Positions 1 through 9,532 are shown, counted from the stretch's first letter. The stretch: 64,000 nucleotides of DNA from Armatimonadota bacterium (GCA_037445735.1 JBBIJY010000004.1:60674-124673), one strand, 5' to 3'. Program-made: numbers and translations. Notes: generated by a model not told the origin, from the sequence alone.

Positions 1-1399
1 TGTTGCCCCGCACCGCGCGAACCAGATCGCGCTGCTGGCGGGTATGGTTCATCAGCGGTTGACCGACCCGCGCATCGGCGAGTGGCTCGCCACGCTCGAA
101 AAGAGCGATCTCGTCGCTGATCCCGAAAGCGTCGAGGCGGTCAACATCCGTCAGTGGCGGCGCACTTACGACCGCATGACCAGGCTGCCCCACAAGCTGG
201 TGGTGGAGTTCGCGCGCATCACCTCGCTGGCGGAAAAGGCATGGGAGGAGGCACGCGCTCAGTCGAACTACGCGCTGTTCAAGCCCTATCTGGAGCAGAT
301 TGTTCAGCTCAGCCGCGAAATCGCCGAGCGATTGGGCTACGAATCGGAGCCGTACGACGCCCTGCTGGACGAATATGAGCAGGGTATGACGGCGCAGCAG
401 GTGGAGCGCCTGTTTACGCCGTTGCGCGAGCGCACGCCGGAGCTGATTCAGCGCCTGCAGAGCGCACCGCGCCAGCCCAACAGCGCGATCCTGCACCGCC
501 ACTACCCCCGACCTCAGCAGGAAGCGTTCTGCCGTCTGATCGCCGAGCAGCTCACCTTCGACTGGCAGAGCGGGCGGTTGGACCCCACCGTGCATCCGTT
601 TGCTACACGGCTTGGTCCGGGTGATGTGCGCATCACCACCCGCTACTACGAGGATTTCCTCTGCCCCGCGCTGTTCGGCACAATCCACGAGCTGGGGCAC
701 GCCCTCTATGAGCTGGGACTGCCCGAAGAGCATTTCGGCACGCCGATGGGCGAATCGGTCTCGCTCGGTGTCCATGAATCGCAATCGCGCATGTGGGAGA
801 ACTTCGTGGGGCGTAGCCGCGCCTTCTGGGAACATTTCTACCCCATCGCCCAGCAGTATTTCACCGCGCTGCAGGATGTGAGCCTCGACGAGTTCGTGTT
901 CGCCATCAACGAGGTCAAGCCGTCGCCCATCCGTGTGGAAGCGGACGAGGTGACCTACAACCTGCATATCCTGCTGCGCTTCGAGCTGGAGCTGGCGCTG
1001 ATGCGGGGTCAGTTGCAGGTGGATGACCTGCCTGATGCATGGAACGAGCGGTTCGAGTCGTATCTGGGCTTCCGCCCTGCGAACGATGCCGAAGGCGTGC
1101 TGCAGGATGTCCACTGGTCGGGCGGGTTAATCGGCTACTTTCCGACCTACACGCTGGGCAATCTGTACGCGGCGCAGCTGTTCGAGGCGGCGGCGCGCGA
1201 TCTGGGCGATTTGCCCGCGATGTTCCGCAAGGGCGAGTTCGTGCCCCTGCTGGAATGGCTGCGCGAAAAGGTGCATCGGCAGGGCAAGCGCTACGCGCCA
1301 GCCGACCTGATCCAGCGTATCACGGGTCAGCCGCCCAGCGCCGAGCCGCTCCTGCGCTACTTCGAACACAAGTTCAACGAACTCTATTTCGCGAGTTGA
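1..1399 (+). CDS. M32 family thermostable metallocarboxypeptidase (5' end lies outside the window)
   Basis: HPF, HELGH (HExxH), HESQSRMWEN, IRVEADE, QDVHW and GYFPTY motifs; the frame is open back to the window start. Confidence 0.93.
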   Translation, partial: VAPHRANQIALLAGMVHQRLTDPRIGEWLATLEKSDLVADPESVEAVNIRQWRRTYDRMTRLPHKLVVEFARITSLAEKAWEEARAQSNYALFKPYLEQIVQLSREIAERLGYESEPYDALLDEYEQGMTAQQVERLFTPLRERTPELIQRLQSAPRQPNSAILHRHYPRPQQEAFCRLIAEQLTFDWQSGRLDPTVHPFATRLGPGDVRITTRYYEDFLCPALFGTIHELGHALYELGLPEEHFGTPMGESVSLGVHESQSRMWENFVGRSRAFWEHFYPIAQQYFTALQDVSLDEFVFAINEVKPSPIRVEADEVTYNLHILLRFELELALMRGQLQVDDLPDAWNERFESYLGFRPANDAEGVLQDVHWSGGLIGYFPTYTLGNLYAAQLFEAAARDLGDLPAMFRKGEFVPLLEWLREKVHRQGKRYAPADLIQRITGQPPSAEPLLRYFEHKFNELYFAS

Positions 1400-1429
1400 G
1401 GCGGTTGCTTGAGAAGCGAGACATGGCTG

Positions 1430-2314
1430 GTGAATCTGGACGCCTATCTCCAGCCGCGCCTGCAGGCGATTGAGCGGGCGCTGGACGAGTGGCTACCCGC
1501 GTCTGGCGAGCGCCCGCGCATCCTGCCAGAAGCGATGCGCTACATGACGCTGGATGGGGGCAAGCGGCTGCGCCCGATTCTGTGCATCGCGGCGGCGGAG
1601 GCGGTCGGCGGCACGCTCGCACAGGTTCTGCCCACCGCCTGCGCCCTTGAACTCATTCACACCTTCAGTCTCATTCACGACGACCTGCCCGCGCTGGACA
1701 ACGACACCCTGCGGCGCGGCAAGCCCACCTGCCATGTGCAGTTCGGCGAGGCGATGGCGATTCTAACAGGCGACGCGCTGTTCGCCCACGCCTTCGGTCT
1801 GATCGCCCGTCAGGCGGAGATCAGTCCGCCCGAACGGGTGGTGCGCGTGCTCAAACTGATTGCCGATGCGGTTGGCGTGGACGGCATGGTGGGCGGGCAG
1901 GTGGAAGATATTCTTTCTGAAGGGGAGCCAGTAACCCCGGCACAGCTCGCCTATATCCATTCGTGCAAGACGGGCGCGCTCATTCGCGCGGCGGTGCTTT
2001 CGGGCGCGATCCTCTGTGGCGCCGATGCGGACGCCGAGCGCGCGCTGGACGCCTACAGCCGTGCGCTGGGGCTGGCGTTCCAGATTGTGGACGATATTCT
2101 GAACGAGACGGGCGACCCCGCACGACTGGGCAAGGCGACGGGCACCGACAGGTCGCGCCAGAAGGCGACCTATCCGCGCCTGTACGGGCTGGACGCCGCT
2201 CGCCAGCGCGCCCAGCAGGAACTACAAACCGCCCTCGATGCCCTCCAGCCTTTCCGCACCGAAGCAGACCCCCTTCGCTGGTTAGCTCACTATGTCATCA
2301 CCCGCGAACGATAG
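1430..2314 (+). CDS. ispA: Polyprenyl (farnesyl/geranylgeranyl) diphosphate synthase
   Basis: GGKRLRP, IHDDLPALDND..RRGKPT, KTGAL, FQIVDDIL and KATYP motifs; start uncertain (TTG 1409 or GTG 1430). Confidence 0.88.
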   Translation: MNLDAYLQPRLQAIERALDEWLPASGERPRILPEAMRYMTLDGGKRLRPILCIAAAEAVGGTLAQVLPTACALELIHTFSLIHDDLPALDNDTLRRGKPTCHVQFGEAMAILTGDALFAHAFGLIARQAEISPPERVVRVLKLIADAVGVDGMVGGQVEDILSEGEPVTPAQLAYIHSCKTGALIRAAVLSGAILCGADADAERALDAYSRALGLAFQIVDDILNETGDPARLGKATGTDRSRQKATYPRLYGLDAARQRAQQELQTALDALQPFRTEADPLRWLAHYVITRER

Positions 2315-2361
2315 CGTGATCCTGAGCAGGCAGGTCCCTAATCAGGTAAAATAGCCCGCGT

Positions 2362-3858
2362 ATGCAGGAGCCGCTGCACCCGATTGAAGAGGAGAACCAG
2401 CTGGTTCAGGTCCGACTGGAGAAGCTCCAGCAGCTGCGCGCGCAGGGGCTGGACCCCTTCGCCATCGAACGCTACCCCATCACGCACACCCTCCAGCAGG
2501 TGCATGAGCAGTACGAGCCGCTGGAGGGTCAGACGGTGGTCGTCGCGGGGCGAATCTTCTCTATTCGCCCGATGGGACGCGCCACCTTCGCCCACCTGAT
2601 GGACAGCACGGGCAAACTGCAAATCTATCTCAAAGCCGATGAGCTGGGCGAGCGCTATGCGCTGATCGACCTGTGGGATATCGGCGACTATCTGGGCGTG
2701 AAAGGCGTCGTGTTCAAAACGCGCACGGGCGAAATCACCGTGCATGTGCAGGAGTTCGCTCTGCTGGCGAAGGCGATTCGACCTGTGCCGTTCCCCAAAG
2801 AGAAGGGCGAGCAGCGCTGGTACGGTCTGCACGATGTGGAGCTGCGCCATCGCCAGCGCTATCTGGACCTGCTGGTGAACCCCGATTCGCGACGGCGATT
2901 GATTGCCCGCTGCCGCATGGTGTCCGCCATTCGCCGATTTCTGGAGGCGGAGGGCTTTCTGGAGGTGGAGACGCCCGTGCTTCAGCCGCTGGCGGGCGGT
3001 GCGGCGGCACGCCCCTTCATCACCTATCACAACGCGCTGGATCGCACCTTCCAGCTGCGAATCGCGCTCGAACTCCATCTCAAGCGGCTGCTAATTGGCG
3101 GCATCGATAAGGTGTTCGAGATCGGGCGCGTGTTCCGCAACGAGGGCATCTCCACCCGCCATAACCCCGAGTTCACCATGCTGGAACTCTATCAGGCGTA
3201 CGCCAACCTGGAAGACATCATGGCGCTGGTGGAGCGGCTCTTTCGGCATGTGGCGCAGACGGTGTTCGGCACGACCGTGTTTGAACGGGAGGGCGTGCAG
3301 GTCGACTTCAGCCAGCCGTGGCGGCGCGTGCGCCTGATGGAGGCGATTCGGGAGCATACGGGGCTGACGGAAGCCGATTTTGAGACGCTGGAGCGGGCAA
3401 CGCAGGCTGCCGGGCGGCTGGGCATCCATATCGAGCGCAAAGACACCATCGGCGGCATCATCGAGAAGGTGCTGGAGAAGTGCGTGGCGCATCACCTCCA
3501 GCAGCCGACCTTTGTTTATGGCTTCCCGCTGGACACCTCGCCGCTGGCGAAGCGCGAACCCGACAACCCGCGCTTCACCCGCCGCTTTGAGGGCTACATC
3601 TTCGGGCAGGAGGTGGCGAACGCCTTCTCGGAGCTGAACGACCCGCTGGAACAGCGGGAGCGGTTCCTGGCACAGCAGGCGCTGCGCGAGGCGGGCGACG
3701 AGGAAGCGCACCCGTTTGACGAAGATTTCATCCGCGCGATGGAGTATGGCATGCCCCCCGCAGGCGGGCTGGGCATCGGCATCGACCGCATGGCGATGCT
3801 GCTCACGGGCGCCGACTCGATCCGCGAGGTCATCTTCTTCCCGCAGCTGCGCGAGTAG
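2362..3858 (+). CDS. lysS: Lysine--tRNA ligase (class II)
   Basis: N-terminal OB fold, RQRYLDL, GGAAARPF, FRNEG..HNPEFTMLE, YGMPP.GG.GIGIDR. Confidence 0.97.
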   Translation: MQEPLHPIEEENQLVQVRLEKLQQLRAQGLDPFAIERYPITHTLQQVHEQYEPLEGQTVVVAGRIFSIRPMGRATFAHLMDSTGKLQIYLKADELGERYALIDLWDIGDYLGVKGVVFKTRTGEITVHVQEFALLAKAIRPVPFPKEKGEQRWYGLHDVELRHRQRYLDLLVNPDSRRRLIARCRMVSAIRRFLEAEGFLEVETPVLQPLAGGAAARPFITYHNALDRTFQLRIALELHLKRLLIGGIDKVFEIGRVFRNEGISTRHNPEFTMLELYQAYANLEDIMALVERLFRHVAQTVFGTTVFEREGVQVDFSQPWRRVRLMEAIREHTGLTEADFETLERATQAAGRLGIHIERKDTIGGIIEKVLEKCVAHHLQQPTFVYGFPLDTSPLAKREPDNPRFTRRFEGYIFGQEVANAFSELNDPLEQRERFLAQQALREAGDEEAHPFDEDFIRAMEYGMPPAGGLGIGIDRMAMLLTGADSIREVIFFPQLRE

Positions 3859-3900
3859 AGACCACTCCCTCCCGGCTTTCGGGAGAGTTACGGGAGGATG

Positions 3901-3985
3901 CCCCTCACCCCAACCCTCTCCCCAGCGGGGAGAGGGAGAAACTAAATCCCTCTCCCCCAGCGGGGGAGAGGGTACGGGTGAGGGG
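3901..3985. repeat. REP-like composite palindrome
   Basis: CCCTCTCCCC-AGC-GGGGAGAGGG (3914-3936) and CCCTCTCCCCC-AGC-GGGGGAGAGGG (3948-3972), enclosed by CCCCTCACCC (3901-3910) and GGGTGAGGGG (3976-3985). Confidence 0.8.
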
Positions 3986-4103
3986 GCTACAAGACCTGTG
4001 CCGAGAGAATTCCCCGGCGATCGCGTATAGCTCTCCCGGCTTTGCGGAGAGTTCTCCAGCGTCGATGGGGGGTTCCCTGGGCAGAGGCGGTATAATCCCT
4101 GCC

Positions 4104-5582
4104 ATGGACGGCAAGCTGACACGCAGGGAGCTGCTTCGGTGGGGCATCGCGGGCGTGGCAGGTCTCGCGCTTGCACCCTCAATAGCCCCCCAGCGTCGGG
4201 CGCGCGGGCGCGTGCGCAACATCATCTTCATGGTGGCGGATGGCATGAGCGCGGGCGTGCCCTCGCTCGCCGATGCGTTCGGCAAACTGGTGCGCGGCAA
4301 AGGCTCCTTCTGGCATCAACTGCTCCAGAACCCCGAAGCCACGCTCGGCTTTTTCGATATGGCGTCGCTCGATTCGCTGGTGACCGATTCCTCGTCGGCG
4401 TCGTCGGCGTGGGGCAGTGGCAGCCGAATCTTCAACGGCTGGGTCAATATGCTGCCCGACAGCACGCGCCTGACCCCGATTGCGCAGATTGTGAAGGCGG
4501 CGGGCAAAAAGGTGGGGCTGGTGACCACCACGCGCATCACGCACGCGACGCCCGCCGGCTTCGCCGCGGTGCAACGCAGTCGCGACGCCGAAGATGAGAT
4601 TGCCCCGCAATATCTGGATGTGGTCGATGTGCTGATGGGGGGCGGCTTGCGCCACTATGATCCGCGCCTGCGAGCCGATAAGCGCGACCTCATCAGCGAA
4701 TACACGCGCAAGGGCTACACCTTCTGGAACCGTCGCGAGCAGGTCATCAGCGACGAGCGCCCCGATAAGGTGCTGGGGCTGTTTTACAACAGCCATCTGC
4801 CCTACACCGTGGATCACATCCACTCGGAGGAGCTGAAGCGCACGGTGCCCACTTTAGCGGAGATGACGCGCAAGGCACTGGAGATTTTGAGTCGCTCCCG
4901 CGAGGGCTTCCTGCTGCAGGTGGAGGGTGGGCGCGTGGATCACGCCGCCCATTCGAACGACGCTGCCGCACTGATGTGGGACCAGCTCGCCTTCGACGAT
5001 GCCATCGAGGTGGTCTACAACTTCGCCGCCCGCCGCGACGACACGCTGGTGATTATCACCAGCGATCACGGCAACTCCAATCCGGGCTTGAACGGGATGG
5101 GGATCGAATATCGCCAGAGCAACGCCTGCTTTGAGCGGCTCGCGCTGGCGAAATGCTCCTTTGAGCAGCTGCCCCGCCACCTTCAGCAAGCCACACCCGA
5201 CTCGGTTCGCGAGGTCATCAGGGCGCAGCTGGGCATCGAGATCAATCGCGAGGAAGCGGAGGCGCTGTCCAGCGCGGTGGCGAACCGCATGCCGACGGTG
5301 TGGAACCGCCAGCACCAGAACCTCAACGGTCTACTGGGCGAGATTCTGAGCAACTACAACGGCATCGGCTGGACAGGCACCAGCCACACCGCCGACTATG
5401 TGTGGCTGACCGCGATTGGCGTCGGGCGCGAGGAGTTCCACGGGCTGGTTCGCAACACCGATGCCTTCTACAAGATGCTCAAGCTGTTCGGGCTGTCGCA
5501 CAAGAACCCGTCGATGAGTCCGCAGGAGGCTCGCAAGTACCTCTCACGCGCCGCCGCGCCGACGCAACCCCACTGGGTGTGA
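4104..5582 (+). CDS. phoA: Alkaline phosphatase (PhoA family) with Tat signal peptide
   Basis: TRRELL twin-arginine signal; IFMVADGM, VTDSS (catalytic Ser), THATPA, EGGRVDHAAH and TSDH motifs; ATG 4104 follows TATAAT. Confidence 0.9.
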   Translation: MDGKLTRRELLRWGIAGVAGLALAPSIAPQRRARGRVRNIIFMVADGMSAGVPSLADAFGKLVRGKGSFWHQLLQNPEATLGFFDMASLDSLVTDSSSASSAWGSGSRIFNGWVNMLPDSTRLTPIAQIVKAAGKKVGLVTTTRITHATPAGFAAVQRSRDAEDEIAPQYLDVVDVLMGGGLRHYDPRLRADKRDLISEYTRKGYTFWNRREQVISDERPDKVLGLFYNSHLPYTVDHIHSEELKRTVPTLAEMTRKALEILSRSREGFLLQVEGGRVDHAAHSNDAAALMWDQLAFDDAIEVVYNFAARRDDTLVIITSDHGNSNPGLNGMGIEYRQSNACFERLALAKCSFEQLPRHLQQATPDSVREVIRAQLGIEINREEAEALSSAVANRMPTVWNRQHQNLNGLLGEILSNYNGIGWTGTSHTADYVWLTAIGVGREEFHGLVRNTDAFYKMLKLFGLSHKNPSMSPQEARKYLSRAAAPTQPHWV

Positions 5583-5588
5583 ACCTGA

Positions 5589-5627
5589 CCCCTCTCCCAC
5601 AGCGGGGAGAGGGGCACGGGGTGAGGG
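5589..5627. repeat. REP-like palindrome, same family as 3901-3985
   Basis: CCCCTCTCCC-ACAGCG-GGGAGAGGGG followed by CACGGGGTGAGGG. Confidence 0.75.
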
Positions 5628-5691
5628 CAACCTGATTCCCTGTTGGTCTTCTGAGCCGCGGATGTGGAAAAACTGCCTCTGGTGAACGACG

Positions 5692-6168
5692 GTGGCAGAG
5701 AAGAAGGCAGGTAGCAGCAAGGGCAAGGAGCCGAAGTCGAAGGGCGGCATGCCCATCGTGCTGGTGATAGCGGTGCTGGTGGCGGGGCTGATGGGCGGCG
5801 CCTTCGCGGGCAAGATGCTGTTCGCGGGCAAGGGCGCGAAGGAACCCGAAAAGCCTAAAGTCGGGCACACGCTCGACCTCGGCGAGTTCCTGGTCAATCT
5901 GGACAGCGAGCATTATCTGAAGGCGGGCGTCGCGCTCGGTCTCAAAGAGGGCATCCCCGCTGAAAAGCTCAAGGAGGAGACCGCGCCCCTGCGCGACGCG
6001 GTGCTGATGGCGCTTGTTAGCAGCGGACGCGCCGAACTCAACACCTACGAGGGCAAACAGAAAATCAAGGAGCGCATCCGCGAGCGGGTCAACGAAGTGC
6101 TGCACGAGAAGACGCGCGAGAAGGAGAGCGTGCTGGAGGTCTATTTCACCACCTTTGTGACGCAGTAG
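5692..6168 (+). CDS. fliL: Flagellar basal body-associated FliL family protein
   Basis: Lys-rich N-terminus, one TM helix, FLVNL..HYLK, LRDAV, EGK..IK..I..RVN and VYFT.FV.Q terminus. Confidence 0.85.
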   Translation: MAEKKAGSSKGKEPKSKGGMPIVLVIAVLVAGLMGGAFAGKMLFAGKGAKEPEKPKVGHTLDLGEFLVNLDSEHYLKAGVALGLKEGIPAEKLKEETAPLRDAVLMALVSSGRAELNTYEGKQKIKERIRERVNEVLHEKTREKESVLEVYFTTFVTQ

Positions 6169-6173
6169 GTGGC

Positions 6174-7211
6174 TTACACGCTCAGGTTCGCGACGGCGGT
6201 CTCGATCAGCACGCGGCTGGGCGCCCGACTGCGCAGGTGATACTCGCACATTCGGAACGGATAGAGCAGGCGGTCATAGCGCGGGTCGGGCAGGCTCAGC
6301 GGGCGCGTCTCCTGCAGCAGCCAGGCGGAGATGGTATCCACCAGCTCCAGCGTCTGCGGTGTGGGCGACATCTCCACGCGCACCAGCCCGTAGGTCGGCG
6401 CGGCGCCCTCCTGCCAGCGCAGGCGCAGATACCAGCTGTAGACCTCCTCCACCTGCGGGCGGCGCGGGCGAAACACACTGCTCCTGTAGCCAGTGGGCAT
6501 GTTCAGCACCTGCAGCATCCAGTCGGGGCGCAGATAGGAGGTGCGATGCGATTTGGAGACGCCCACCACCCGCAGGAATCGGCGCGTCTGCTGCTCCCGC
6601 ATCAGGTCCGAAATGGAGCCGTCCACCAGCAGCCAGCAATTGGGGCTGTCGCCGTAGCGTTCGATCCAGCGCATCGCCATCTCGCGCTCCAGCTGGTCGC
6701 GCATGCGGGCGACGGTCGCCCCCGCCTTCTGCAGCATGCTGGCGAACGAGGCGGTCTCCACCTCCGCACGCTCGTAGGTGTCGTGGATGATGATGCCGTG
6801 CTTCTGGAAGGTGCGCGGGTTGATGAGTCGGGCAGGCAGGTAGAGCGCTTCCTCGTCGGCGTGCAGTTGCGGGCAGGGATGGAGCGTGCGCTCGCGCCGC
6901 TCCAGCACCATCGCCGCGATGTAGCCGTAGACCACGGGCAGGAACGCCTGCTCCACACAGAGATAATAGAGCAGTTGTGAGTGCTGGATGCCATCGATGA
7001 AGTGGGTGAAGGCGGTGGGCTGATTGCCGCGCGGCACTTCGAAGATGCCGAACTCCTTGCGGTCGGGTTCGGGCACCAGCAGCGCGTCGCCTGACCAGCC
7101 CTCTTCTTCAGGCACTTCGATGATGTCCTCGCTGGTGAGTCGTCGCACCACGCGCACCCCATCGGGGTTCTCGCGCAGGAACTCCACCACTTTGCGCAAA
7201 AACGGCGTCAT
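6174..7211 (-). CDS. NurA-like (RNase H fold) nuclease
   Basis: FIDG, LLVDGS, VVGVSKSH, SWYLRL and GLVRVE motifs, and a C-terminal YP...E. Confidence 0.65.
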   Translation of the reverse strand: MTPFLRKVVEFLRENPDGVRVVRRLTSEDIIEVPEEEGWSGDALLVPEPDRKEFGIFEVPRGNQPTAFTHFIDGIQHSQLLYYLCVEQAFLPVVYGYIAAMVLERRERTLHPCPQLHADEEALYLPARLINPRTFQKHGIIIHDTYERAEVETASFASMLQKAGATVARMRDQLEREMAMRWIERYGDSPNCWLLVDGSISDLMREQQTRRFLRVVGVSKSHRTSYLRPDWMLQVLNMPTGYRSSVFRPRRPQVEEVYSWYLRLRWQEGAAPTYGLVRVEMSPTPQTLELVDTISAWLLQETRPLSLPDPRYDRLLYPFRMCEYHLRSRAPSRVLIETAVANLSV

Positions 7212-7278
7212 CGCCGATTCTATTCGCCGCGCTCGCGCCCTCTCCTGCTCTACACTCTACAGATACGGAAATGCCGAT

Positions 7279-7713
7279 TCAGGTGGTGGGGGCGATGCCA
7301 ATTCCCCCAGTTGGGTGCCCCTGGCAGGGATGACCCTGACAGTCTGTACCTGTTGTTTCGCGCTCACGAACATCTTTGATGCATGTAGCCTCCCTGCACG
7401 GATTACCATTTCTATCCTTACAAGCCAGTACCCGTATGGTGTACTCCCATATGATACGCTCCGTACATGGACCAGCCCCTGGATTGTGATTGGGGCATCT
7501 GGGCGACTTCTTGGAACAAAAAGCGCTTGCATAATGTATTTCTGCTACGAGTTTCCAAACACATGGCTTGCCATCACGACACCTGCCCGACGATTCTGGT
7601 CGCGGTGCACTATCACAGTTGGGTCTCGGCCTCTGACACTCATGGGCCTGAACCAGCAGAGCCGTCAACAGAAGCGAACCGATTACCGCCATCACGCATC
7701 GTTTCACCAGCAT
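7279..7713 (-). CDS. Small secreted cysteine-rich protein, function unknown
   Basis: Signal peptide ending VQA; 12 Cys in the mature part; GGAGGTG SD upstream; start overlaps the stop of the upstream gene. Confidence 0.7.
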   Translation of the reverse strand: MLVKRCVMAVIGSLLLTALLVQAHECQRPRPNCDSAPRPESSGRCRDGKPCVWKLVAEIHYASAFCSKKSPRCPNHNPGAGPCTERIIWEYTIRVLACKDRNGNPCREATCIKDVRERETTGTDCQGHPCQGHPTGGIGIAPTT

Positions 7714-8417
7714 TCTGAATCACCTCCTTGCTTTATTGCCCCCTCCCAGGCTTTGACCATCTCATAGGGCAGAGGTGTGCCCCCAAACTTTTTGGAGGGA
7801 TCAAAGCCCGAGCGAAATACCCATTCTCGATTGATAATCTCCGACAGTAAGAGGTCGTGGTAATAGCCCACACATCCATAGAAGTTCACACCGAGAAAGC
7901 GATGATCTTTGATACGAACACGCTCCGAGAAAACGGGATACCACCATTCACCGCTCCAATCCCATCTAACCACCTCCTTCTCGAGCCATGGAGCGTAACA
8001 GCAATTGCACTGTAGCATTGGGTGATAGGGATACTGCTTCAGCAGTGTTGTAATGAACCGCTGCCATTCATGCCGCCTGTGTGGTGCATCGTAGTCAGCG
8101 GGTATGGTGCCATCGGCATTGAATTGAGGGAGATACGCGGCATAATAGCGGTATGGTTCCCCATTAATGGGGCATCGGGGTTCAATGCCTGCCCGTTTCG
8201 CCAGAGCTTCAAACTCCTCCTGCGTTATGGGCAGCGAACCTGTCCGACTGTACTCCTGAACCAGCCAAGCACCCAGCGTCGCTATCCGAGTCTTACAATC
8301 CGCCCGCTTCGCCGCCATCCGCACCCGAAGACCTATCGGCAAGAGCAGCGCCACCAGCGCCACCATAATCGCCACCACTATCAGCAACTCTTTCAGACTC
8401 CAGCCTCCGCGTACCAT
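7704..8417 (-). CDS. Prepilin/pseudopilin-type N-terminal domain protein
   Basis: MVRGG|WSLKELLIVVAIMVALVALLLP class III signal-like start, then a C...I..L motif; ATG 8417 with GGAGG upstream. Confidence 0.75.
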   Translation of the reverse strand: MVRGGWSLKELLIVVAIMVALVALLLPIGLRVRMAAKRADCKTRIATLGAWLVQEYSRTGSLPITQEEFEALAKRAGIEPRCPINGEPYRYYAAYLPQFNADGTIPADYDAPHRRHEWQRFITTLLKQYPYHPMLQCNCCYAPWLEKEVVRWDWSGEWWYPVFSERVRIKDHRFLGVNFYGCVGYYHDLLLSEIINREWVFRSGFDPSKKFGGTPLPYEMVKAWEGAIKQGGDSECW

Positions 8418-8464
8418 CACCGCCTCGCCTCCCTCTGCGATCTTGCAAATCCCCGCAGTAATTT

Positions 8465-9061
8465 TCAATAGCCCTTCGATACATCGGGAAACCACCGCGG
8501 GTCAGGACATCGATCATTCTCTTTAGGCCAAATAATCTCGCCGGTGGAAAGCCTTTTGGTGTACACTGTAAAGCCATATTCCATCTTGCCATCCCCAATG
8601 TCCAGCACCAATAATGCGCAGGCTCCTCCTACATAGGGTCTGCCACAACGCGGACGCGGCGGGCGTGTATGACAGGGGCACCACGCTACCAGATTCTCAC
8701 GGAGATAGAGCCCAAAATCACCTTCTAGGACCTTAGATATTAGATTGCTGCTATCCCAATACCTATTAGCAACCGGAACGTCGTAATTCTCACCACTGAG
8801 AGGACAGAAAAAGATATTTAAACCTTCTTGTCTGTGGAGCCATTGGTTCAGCTCGCGTGCCAAAGCACGGTTCCATCGCCCACCATTCTCCTGTTTCATC
8901 AGTTTGTACTTAGTATAGATTGTCCACAAATTGGTGCGGCACTTAGCCTCCAGCACACGATAGCGCACAATCTGAAACACAGGAAATACCAGCACCATCA
9001 GCGCCGCCATAATCACCAGTACCACCAACAACTGTTTCAGCGTCCAACCCCGACAACTCAT
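8465..9061 (-). CDS. Prepilin/pseudopilin-type N-terminal domain protein (paralog, Q at +5)
   Basis: MSCRG|WTLKQLLVVLVIMAALMVLVFP..C.TNL; shares CP..GE.Y with the neighbouring gene. Confidence 0.72.
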   Translation of the reverse strand: MSCRGWTLKQLLVVLVIMAALMVLVFPVFQIVRYRVLEAKCRTNLWTIYTKYKLMKQENGGRWNRALARELNQWLHRQEGLNIFFCPLSGENYDVPVANRYWDSSNLISKVLEGDFGLYLRENLVAWCPCHTRPPRPRCGRPYVGGACALLVLDIGDGKMEYGFTVYTKRLSTGEIIWPKENDRCPDPRWFPDVSKGY

Positions 9062-9330
9062 TGCCGTCCCTCCGTATCGGACTGACGCCCTCGTTGAGTC
9101 TGCAACCGATTCTGTTTCAGTTGCTTCCGAATAGCTGCTTCAGAGAGATTCCCCTGATTTTGGCGACATCCTGCTTCCTCCGTACTCTGCCAAGCGGAGG
9201 GAAGAGGAGCTATACTCCATAGCGGCAAGCGGACTTCAGGGCGACCATACAGCCACGCTATCGCCAGAAGGTAGAGCATAGCCCCCGCAATAATAATTCC
9301 TATTCGGACAAGGCGTTGCCACCTAGTCAT
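9058..9330 (-). CDS. Small membrane-anchored hypothetical protein
   Basis: N-terminal TM segment; GAGGGAG SD; stop overlaps the next start (ATGA). Confidence 0.55.
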   Translation of the reverse strand: MTRWQRLVRIGIIIAGAMLYLLAIAWLYGRPEVRLPLWSIAPLPSAWQSTEEAGCRQNQGNLSEAAIRKQLKQNRLQTQRGRQSDTEGRQ

Positions 9331-9349
9331 CGTTCTCCCTCTTCCTCTG

Positions 9350-9508
9350 CTATGGAATTATGGGCGTAACTGGATATGGTGTGGGAGTCCCAGGCTGTCT
9401 TGGGTCACACGGCCAAGCTAACAGAGCAGCTGTTGTTAACAGGACTCCGACAATTATTGTGCTCATCACGATTGTAAGGTTTCGCCAGTCAAACTGTTTT
9501 CGTCTCAT
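9350..9508 (-). CDS. 52-aa signal-peptide/TM micro-protein (not in the ORF track)
   Basis: Hand translation MRRKQFDWRNLTIVMSTIIVGVLLTTAALLAWPCDPRQPGTPTPYPVTPIIP*; GGAGGTG SD 7 nt upstream; lies directly after the promoter. Confidence 0.65.
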   Translation of the reverse strand: MRRKQFDWRNLTIVMSTIIVGVLLTTAALLAWPCDPRQPGTPTPYPVTPIIP

Positions 9509-9532
9509 TGTCTGTCACCTCCATACGCCCCT

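Noticed and set aside
3860-4060. tRNA or CRISPR-like structure after lysS
   Set aside because: No T-loop, D-loop or CCA features and no repeat-spacer periodicity; better explained as REP-like palindromes.
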